From the NCBI GenBank assembly GCA_964615625.1, contig CAZTQT010000003.1:4379-68378 (forward strand): a stretch of DNA of 64,000 nt, read 5' to 3'. This stretch comes from an uncultured Candidatus Saccharibacteria bacterium (GTDB taxonomy: Bacteria > Patescibacteriota > WWE3 > UBA101185 > UBA10185). The notes beneath the pieces are model-generated. The model was not told the origin of the DNA and made no database searches. It saw only the letters and a list, made by a program, of their open reading frames with translations. Below, piece after piece: positions 57,660-64,000 of this stretch; positions within the stretch are counted from its first letter, which is position 1, and the number at the start of each line of letters is the position of its first letter. The position numbers and the translations under genes were made by a program.

Positions 57660-58364
57660 ATGAATAAATTAAGAAGTTTAGCAAATAATTGGATGTGTGG
57701 TGTTGAGGAGACAAACCGAAGGAATATATTGAGTATGCTTGATAAAAATCCAGATGCTAAAGTGTTGGATTTAGGATGTGATGATGGTTCTTGGAGTATA
57801 GAGTTAGGAAAAGAAATTGGTTCTAATAATATTTATGGGGTTGAGGTTGTTGAGAGTAGGGCAAAAGATGCAATGGATAAAGGTGTTGTGATAAAGGGTT
57901 TTGATTTAAATGGGGAATTTGATTTTGAGGATAATTTTTTTGATGTAGTTCATTCTAATCAAGTAATTGAGCACTTACACGATACCGATAATTTTATTTC
58001 CGAAATATACAGAATTTTAAAACCTGGAGGATACATAATAGTATCTACCGTTAATTTAGCAAGTTGGCATAATGTTTTTTCATTAATATTGGGTTTTCAG
58101 CCTTTTGATGTTACTAATATAAGTATTAAGGGGAGCGTTGGGAACCCAGTTTCTATTTGGCGTGGTGTTGATAGTGGGTTTAATAAGCATAAGTCTTGGC
58201 AACATGTCAGAATGTTTACGCTACGTGCTCTGAAAGAATTTTTAGAATTATATGAATTTAAAGATATTAAATCCAAATCTGCTGGTTATTACCCATTACC
58301 AAATTTTTTTGCCAATATAGATAAAAATCACGGCCACTATATCGTTGTCAAAGCTTACAAATAA
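57660..58364 (+). CDS. Class I SAM-dependent methyltransferase
   Basis: VLDLGCDDG, FDVV...VIEHL, RILKPGG. Confidence 0.88.
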   Translation: MNKLRSLANNWMCGVEETNRRNILSMLDKNPDAKVLDLGCDDGSWSIELGKEIGSNNIYGVEVVESRAKDAMDKGVVIKGFDLNGEFDFEDNFFDVVHSNQVIEHLHDTDNFISEIYRILKPGGYIIVSTVNLASWHNVFSLILGFQPFDVTNISIKGSVGNPVSIWRGVDSGFNKHKSWQHVRMFTLRALKEFLELYEFKDIKSKSAGYYPLPNFFANIDKNHGHYIVVKAYK

Positions 58365-58454
58365 TAAGAGTCTCATCAATGTCAATTTTTCTCTAATGTT
58401 TAAGGTGTGTTGGTTATAATTAGTAAAATATCCATAATATAGTAAAATGACAGT

Positions 58455-59273
58455 GTGACTTTAGCCAATAAAACAGTATCACTCATAATCCCAGCCTATA
58501 AGCAGGAAAAAACTATTGTAGAAGATGTGAATAGGATACTCGATACGGTTTCACAGACTAGATGGAAGTTTGAAGTGATTGTTGTTGTAGATGGGTTTGT
58601 AGATAAAACATTTGAAAATTTAAAAGAAGTAAAAGACAACAGTGTTAAAGTTTGTGGGTATAAAGAAAACAAAGGAAAAGGTTATGCTATAAGATACGGG
58701 ATGACCAGAGCCAAAGGTGATTACATTGCCTTCATAGATTCTGGGATGGATATAGATCCAAATGGTATATCAATGTTGTTGGAGCATATAGAGTGGTATG
58801 ACGCTGATATAATTGTGGGTAGTAAAAGACACCCAGCGTCAGTGGTGTATTACCCATTTGTTAGAAGGGTCTACAGTTTTGTGTATAGTAAGATGGTTAG
58901 AATTTTGTTTGGTTTATCTGTTACTGACACCCAATCTGGAATAAAAGTCTTTAAGAGCGAGGTTTTAGAGAAAGTTCTTCCAAGACTAGTTGTTAAGAGA
59001 TTTGCCTTTGACATTGAAATATTAGCTGTGGCTAGGTATTTAGGATTTAAGAAGATATATGAGGCACCTATAAAGGTTAACTGGGGAGAGGGTTACACTG
59101 ATTTTAGTTTCCTCTTTATATTTGATAAAAATATTAGAAGGATGATTATAGATACATTAGGTGTTTTTTACAGATTAAGGATATTAGATTACTACAGTGA
59201 TAAAAAGAAGAGAGATTGGGTTTATGACAAAGATTTAGATATGAAGATAAATACAGGGAGGTTAGATGAATAA
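58455..59273 (+). CDS. GT2 DPG-synthase-like glycosyltransferase
   Basis: IPAY, VVDG, NKGKGYA, DSGMDI, DTQSGIK, FAFDIE. Confidence 0.85.
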   Translation: MTLANKTVSLIIPAYKQEKTIVEDVNRILDTVSQTRWKFEVIVVVDGFVDKTFENLKEVKDNSVKVCGYKENKGKGYAIRYGMTRAKGDYIAFIDSGMDIDPNGISMLLEHIEWYDADIIVGSKRHPASVVYYPFVRRVYSFVYSKMVRILFGLSVTDTQSGIKVFKSEVLEKVLPRLVVKRFAFDIEILAVARYLGFKKIYEAPIKVNWGEGYTDFSFLFIFDKNIRRMIIDTLGVFYRLRILDYYSDKKKRDWVYDKDLDMKINTGRLDE

Positions 59274-60357
59274 AAGATATATATTTTTTATAGGAACTCT
59301 AGCAGAGTTTATTAAAATTTTTCCCATAATGAAGAGGTTTACAGACCTAAATATACCTTTTGAGATTATTGCATCAGGTCAAAACGATATTGAAAATTCG
59401 GAGATTTTTTCATATCTGAAGTTAGAAAAGGTTAATTTAAAACTTTCAAATGGCCCTAAGAAAAAGACAGCTTTATCACTGTTTTCTTGGTTTGTGAAAA
59501 CATTTTTTTCATCAATATTTGTTGTTAAAAAATATTTAAAAGATACAAAAACAGATAAGGAATCTGTAATGATAGTTCATGGGGATACTGTGTCTACTTT
59601 AATGGGGGCTTATGTTGCAAAAATATTAGGTGTGAAGGTTGCTCATATAGAGGCTGGTTTAAGATCTTTCAATATTTTTCACCCATTTCCAGAGGAAATA
59701 AATAGAGTTTTAACATCTAAAGTTGTTGATAAGCATTTTTGTCCAAATGACTGGGCAGTCAATAATTTAAAAAATATTAAAGGAGAAAAAATAAACACCC
59801 TAAACAACACTTTATTAGAAAGTTTGCATTTATCTAAAGAGATCCCAACTCCAGATAATATAAAAACACTTTTAAATAGAAAACCGTTCTTTATTTTTGT
59901 AGTTCATAGACAAGAGAATTTATATAACAGTCAAAGATTGAATAATTTTATAAATGACATGTTAGATTTATCAAATGAAATGCATTGTATTTTTATACTT
60001 CACGAACCTGCAAAAGTAGCTTTGGAAAGCGCTGGTTTACTAGAAAATATAACTAGCGCCAAAAATATTACAGTACTTCCACGACAGGGTTATTTTGATT
60101 TTATGAAACTAATAGATGGTTGTGAGTTTTTTGTTACTGATGGTGGTAGTAATCAAGAAGAGGCTTACTATTTTGGTAAACCGTGCTTAATCCTAAGAGA
60201 TCATACTGAAAGATTAGAAGGTCTTGATAATAATGTTTTATTGTGGCAGGAGGGTAAAAACAGTGTTAAGGATTTTGGTAAAAACTATATGAAATATAAG
60301 TGTGATTTTGTTTCTTATGATGTGCCTCCAAGTAAAATAATTTGTGAAAATTTATAA
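59266..60357 (+). CDS. UDP-N-acetylglucosamine 2-epimerase family protein (WecB-like, divergent)
   Basis: GTLAEFIK, VHGDT, HIEAGLRS, PFPEE.NR, HRQEN, TDGGSNQEE. Confidence 0.82.
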   Translation: MNKRYIFFIGTLAEFIKIFPIMKRFTDLNIPFEIIASGQNDIENSEIFSYLKLEKVNLKLSNGPKKKTALSLFSWFVKTFFSSIFVVKKYLKDTKTDKESVMIVHGDTVSTLMGAYVAKILGVKVAHIEAGLRSFNIFHPFPEEINRVLTSKVVDKHFCPNDWAVNNLKNIKGEKINTLNNTLLESLHLSKEIPTPDNIKTLLNRKPFFIFVVHRQENLYNSQRLNNFINDMLDLSNEMHCIFILHEPAKVALESAGLLENITSAKNITVLPRQGYFDFMKLIDGCEFFVTDGGSNQEEAYYFGKPCLILRDHTERLEGLDNNVLLWQEGKNSVKDFGKNYMKYKCDFVSYDVPPSKIICENL

Positions 60358-61398
60358 ATGTCTAAGGAAATATACTTTAGTGTAATTATGCCCACTCTTA
60401 ATAGTGAATCTACTATTGAGAAATCTTTAATTTCAATAAGATCTCAAAACTTTGACCAAGATCAGGTTGAAATAATAGTGGCTGACGGAGGTTCCGTTGA
60501 TAAAACTAAGGAAATAGCTCAAAAATATTCATGCAGAATTTTGCATAATGAACAAGTACAGCCAGAATCAGCCAAATATATAGGAATAACCAACGCAAAA
60601 GGAAAGGTATGTTTATTTTTAGATTCAGACGAGGTTTTAAAGGATAAGGAATCTTTCAAAAAAAGAAAAGATATATTTGAAAACTTTCAAGATGCTAAAG
60701 TTATTTTATTTGGTGGGTATGAGAAGCCGGAGGGAGAATCATCACTAAACGATTATATAAATTATTATTCTGACCCATTTTCATTTTTTGTGTCAAAAAC
60801 CTCAACAGAGCATAAAGTGATACACAGTGTTTGGAAAAATAATTTTAAAGATTTTAGTGAAGAAGATAGTTATATTAAATTTAGATTAAAAGATTCTGAT
60901 TACTTACCCCCGGTGGATATGTGTGCAGGTAACTGCTTTTTACGTGAGTACTATTTGGATTTGGTTGGGGAAGAGATAAAAGACCAAATGATTGTGCCTG
61001 AAATATTTTACAGAATAGTTAAAGATACAGGGTGTTTTTACATGTTAAAAGATTCTCCTACGATCCATAACTCTTCCGTTGGTCTTGGACAATATATTAA
61101 AAAATTGAATTGGAGAATTATAAACAATGTTCATTATAAAAATGTTCCTGGAACAGGGTTTTCAAATAGAGAAGAATTTCAGCCCAAAGGATCCTCACTT
61201 AAAAAATATTTGTTTATACCTTTTGCATTGACAATAATAGGACCGTTAATCGTTAGTATTTATATGGCTCTCAAGTATAAAAAACCTATTTTGTTACTAA
61301 ATTTTCCATTAACAATTTATGTTGCTTTTTATATTTCTTATCAATATATTAGGCTAATATTTGGAAGAAAATCTGCTTTAAAACCTTATGGAAAATAG
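60358..61398 (+). CDS. GT2 glycosyltransferase with C-terminal TM segments
   Basis: MPTLN, ADGGSVDKT, LDSDE. Confidence 0.85.
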   Translation: MSKEIYFSVIMPTLNSESTIEKSLISIRSQNFDQDQVEIIVADGGSVDKTKEIAQKYSCRILHNEQVQPESAKYIGITNAKGKVCLFLDSDEVLKDKESFKKRKDIFENFQDAKVILFGGYEKPEGESSLNDYINYYSDPFSFFVSKTSTEHKVIHSVWKNNFKDFSEEDSYIKFRLKDSDYLPPVDMCAGNCFLREYYLDLVGEEIKDQMIVPEIFYRIVKDTGCFYMLKDSPTIHNSSVGLGQYIKKLNWRIINNVHYKNVPGTGFSNREEFQPKGSSLKKYLFIPFALTIIGPLIVSIYMALKYKKPILLLNFPLTIYVAFYISYQYIRLIFGRKSALKPYGK

Positions 61399-63427
61399 TA
61401 AATTTAGCAATGTTTTAATACTATCTCACTCTCAAGAAGGCACCGTAGGAGCCGATGATGAGCTTTTAAAGTATGTGGTAAAAAAAGGGATTGAATCTCA
61501 TCTTTTTCAATTTCCATTTGTTCATTCTTCTGATGGGGCTACCAGAATCACACACGTTGTAAATAAAGAATATGTAGCTTTGAGGTCTAAAATAAAATTT
61601 TATAAACCCCAATTATTATCTTATGTGAAAGATGTGGTTTCTGCGTTTTTTTATTGCAAGAAATACATAAAAAACAATTCTCTTATTGTATGTTCAGACA
61701 ATATACTTGTTCTATCCGCACATTTATCATCCATTTTTGCAAAGTTTTTTGGAAAAAAGCCAAAAATTGTTTATTACGTTATAGATTACACACCAAGAAG
61801 ATTTAAAAGTACTTTTTTAAATTCGATTTATGAGTGGGTTGATAAAAAAGCCTTTGAATATACAGATTTTGTATGGGTTTTAAATAAGGAAATGATAAAT
61901 GGAAGGTTGAATGATAAAGGGTATCCAAAAAGAGATGACAACATTGCAGTAGTTCCATTTGGAAATAATTCTTTAGATTATAAAGATGAAGATTACAATA
62001 ATTTTGACATTAATAATATTGTGTACTTGGGTGGTGTTTACAAAAGCAAAGGATCTGAACTTTTTACAGATATAGTTAAAGAGTTAATAAAAAAAGGATA
62101 TAAAGGTATAAAACTACACGTCATTGGAGGTGGTGCTACCGATGAGTTGAAAGAAGCATCAAAAGAAAAGGGTTTAGAAGAAAATGTAATAGTCTATGGA
62201 AGAAGTGCCGATCAATCAGAAACAGAAAAATTACTTTTGAAGTGTGCCTTAGCAATAGCTCCGTATAACCCGAATGATAAAAATAGTTTTTCCTTTTATG
62301 CTGATCCAGGGAAAGTTAAAGTTTACTTAGGTTGTGGGTTACCTATTGTAATAACAGAAGTTCCAAGTATTTATAAAATTTTAGTTCAAGAAAAAGCAGG
62401 GCTTACAGCAAAATACGAAGGTAAGGATTTTGCCGATAAAATTGAAAAAGTGATGGAAGATATTAAAAATTATAGAAGTAATGCAAGACAACTTGGCCTT
62501 AAATATTCTTGGGATAGTATATTTTCAGAAGCTTTTGATTTTGTAAATTATAATGAGGGAATGAAAAAAATTAAAAGAAAATTTAACTATTCTTTTATAG
62601 ACAAAGCAAGGTTTTATATATCCTACTCTTATTATAGATTTGTAAGATTTTTTATTGATGTAAAGAGAGATAGGGTAAAACTTTTTATAAAACAGCTTAT
62701 TTTATTTTCCAACCAGTTATTAAAGACCAAAACAGATCTATGGAAAAAGATATATGCAGATAATATATCTTCTAGGTATGGGGATTTCAAAGTAAGGTCT
62801 GATACGTTAGATTTTTTCTGCGTTATGCCGTTTTTTGAAAGACAGGATATATCACATATGGGGAAGGTAATCTCAAACTCATTAGAGGAGGGAAAGAAAG
62901 TTCTTTTTATTGATGTTGGTGCTGATATAGGGACTTACTCCGTCCAAATAGGAAGGGTTTTTTCTAACAGAATAAAAATTGTTTCATTTGAACCTTGTGA
63001 GGAAAGTTATAAATATTTAAAAGAAAATTTGTCTAATAACAAAGTTGAAGCTGATGTTTTTAACGTAGCTTTATCGGATGAAAATACTGAGGGATATCTT
63101 AATTACGATAAAACTCTACCTGGAAATAATAGGCTGCTAGATCCACAAGATAGGTTAGGGGAAAAGATATATATAAAAACTATGGATAGTGTTCTTGATT
63201 CTAATTATTTTAAACAATTTGACACTGTTGTTGTAAAAATGGATATAGAAGGAAGTGAATCCAAGTGTCTAAAAGGTTGTAATAATTTATTAAAGTCTGG
63301 AAAAGAGATATTTTTGTTGGTTGAGGATTTTGTAGATACAAGAATAATAAATGACTTACAAGATAGGGGTTTTAGTTTTATTAATAAGAAAACACCTTAT
63401 AATAGTTGGTGGTATTTGGGTTTATAA
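61388..63427 (+). CDS. Fusion of a GT4-like glycosyltransferase and an FkbM-family methyltransferase
   Basis: N-terminal GT-B (YLGGVYKSKG, DPGKVKVYLGCGLP); C-terminal FIDVGADIG, FEP, ALSD, KMDIEGSE. Confidence 0.8.
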   Translation: MENSKFSNVLILSHSQEGTVGADDELLKYVVKKGIESHLFQFPFVHSSDGATRITHVVNKEYVALRSKIKFYKPQLLSYVKDVVSAFFYCKKYIKNNSLIVCSDNILVLSAHLSSIFAKFFGKKPKIVYYVIDYTPRRFKSTFLNSIYEWVDKKAFEYTDFVWVLNKEMINGRLNDKGYPKRDDNIAVVPFGNNSLDYKDEDYNNFDINNIVYLGGVYKSKGSELFTDIVKELIKKGYKGIKLHVIGGGATDELKEASKEKGLEENVIVYGRSADQSETEKLLLKCALAIAPYNPNDKNSFSFYADPGKVKVYLGCGLPIVITEVPSIYKILVQEKAGLTAKYEGKDFADKIEKVMEDIKNYRSNARQLGLKYSWDSIFSEAFDFVNYNEGMKKIKRKFNYSFIDKARFYISYSYYRFVRFFIDVKRDRVKLFIKQLILFSNQLLKTKTDLWKKIYADNISSRYGDFKVRSDTLDFFCVMPFFERQDISHMGKVISNSLEEGKKVLFIDVGADIGTYSVQIGRVFSNRIKIVSFEPCEESYKYLKENLSNNKVEADVFNVALSDENTEGYLNYDKTLPGNNRLLDPQDRLGEKIYIKTMDSVLDSNYFKQFDTVVVKMDIEGSESKCLKGCNNLLKSGKEIFLLVEDFVDTRIINDLQDRGFSFINKKTPYNSWWYLGL

Positions 63428-63428
63428 C

Positions 63429-64000
63429 ATGAAGAGGTTTAATAACAGGATAAAAGATAATATGTACACTGCTTGGAGAGTGGTTTCTCCTGTATTTGAT
63501 GTCACAAAGCCAGTAAACGGTATAAAAGGTTATTTTTGGTTTATAAGAGACATTCTAAAATTTAACAAACTTAATCCAAAGGAAAAAATTAAACTGTCTC
63601 TTATATCTCCACAGCTTATGGATAAGACATCCGTGACCCATTTTGACGCCCATTATTTTTATCAGCAACTTTGGGCATTTGAGAAGATATTTAAATCTAA
63701 AGTGAAAAGACATGTGGACGTAGGATCAACATTTGAAATGAGTGGTTACATATCTAAAATAACAAAAGCGGAATTTGTTGATATAAGACCTTTAGAGGTT
63801 AACTTAAATAATTTTAAGTCTGTTGATGGTAGTATTGAGAATTTACCTTACGGGAGTGGTGAGTTAGATTCTGTATCTTGTTTACATGTAATTGAACATA
63901 TAGGTTTAGGAAGATATGGGGATAAAGTTGATCCAAGTGGTCATGAAAAAGCTATAAAAGAATTACAGAGAGTTGTAAAAACAGGTGGGAGTTTATATCT
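63429..64000 (+). CDS. DUF268-like methyltransferase-fold protein (partial; runs off the window end)
   Basis: Not in the ORF track; hand translation gives FDAHYFYQQLWA, HVDVGS, DIRPL, SVSCLHVIEHIGLGRYGD. Confidence 0.75.
   Translation, partial: MKRFNNRIKDNMYTAWRVVSPVFDVTKPVNGIKGYFWFIRDILKFNKLNPKEKIKLSLISPQLMDKTSVTHFDAHYFYQQLWAFEKIFKSKVKRHVDVGSTFEMSGYISKITKAEFVDIRPLEVNLNNFKSVDGSIENLPYGSGELDSVSCLHVIEHIGLGRYGDKVDPSGHEKAIKELQRVVKTGGSLY

Noticed and set aside
2775-57714. Numerous short ORFs overlapping the annotated genes on either strand (e.g. 4087-4431, 22731-23102, 54404-54949)
   Set aside because: They lie within well-supported genes and have no recognisable motifs; they are typical shadow ORFs.
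1-64000. Alternative genetic code (TGA=Gly), introns or inteins, CRISPR arrays, IS elements, rRNA or tRNA genes
   Set aside because: Conserved genes end at TGA at their expected lengths (e.g. rpsL, rplD, rpsS); core genes show no large interruptions; I saw no repeat-spacer arrays, transposases or RNA gene signatures by eye.

Overview
AT-rich bacterial core-genome segment using the standard genetic code (TGA is used as a stop). It is most likely from a Patescibacteria/CPR organism, an inference from the absence of rpmD/L30 between rpsE and rplO, strongly diverged ribosomal proteins and RNA polymerase, and few Shine-Dalgarno sites. From left to right: (1) a minus-strand block of radC, a TasA-like secreted protein, a SipW-type signal peptidase and a membrane-anchored Clp/Hsp100 ATPase (partial), with a divergent XRE regulator; (2) a detached, inverted alpha operon (infA-rpmJ-rpsM-rpsK-rpsD-rpoA-rplQ) joined to rplM-rpsI; (3) serS, a spermidine-synthase-like methyltransferase, uppP, secA, an ASCH protein, a TMTC-like GT-C/TPR protein and lepB; (4) rpoBC, the str, S10 and spc operons, secY, ybaB and adk; (5) a surface-glycosylation locus of at least 25 kb with polyprenyl-phosphate-sugar synthases, flippases, four GT-C enzymes, GT2/GT4 enzymes, Ugd, a WecB-like epimerase and methyltransferases. 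The most notable observations are the TasA/SipW module, an L3 lacking about 65 internal residues with an L3-like relic upstream, a structured 87-nt tuf leader, repeated leaderless-type promoters and the GT-C-rich glycosylation system. I saw no rRNA, tRNA, CRISPR array or IS element.
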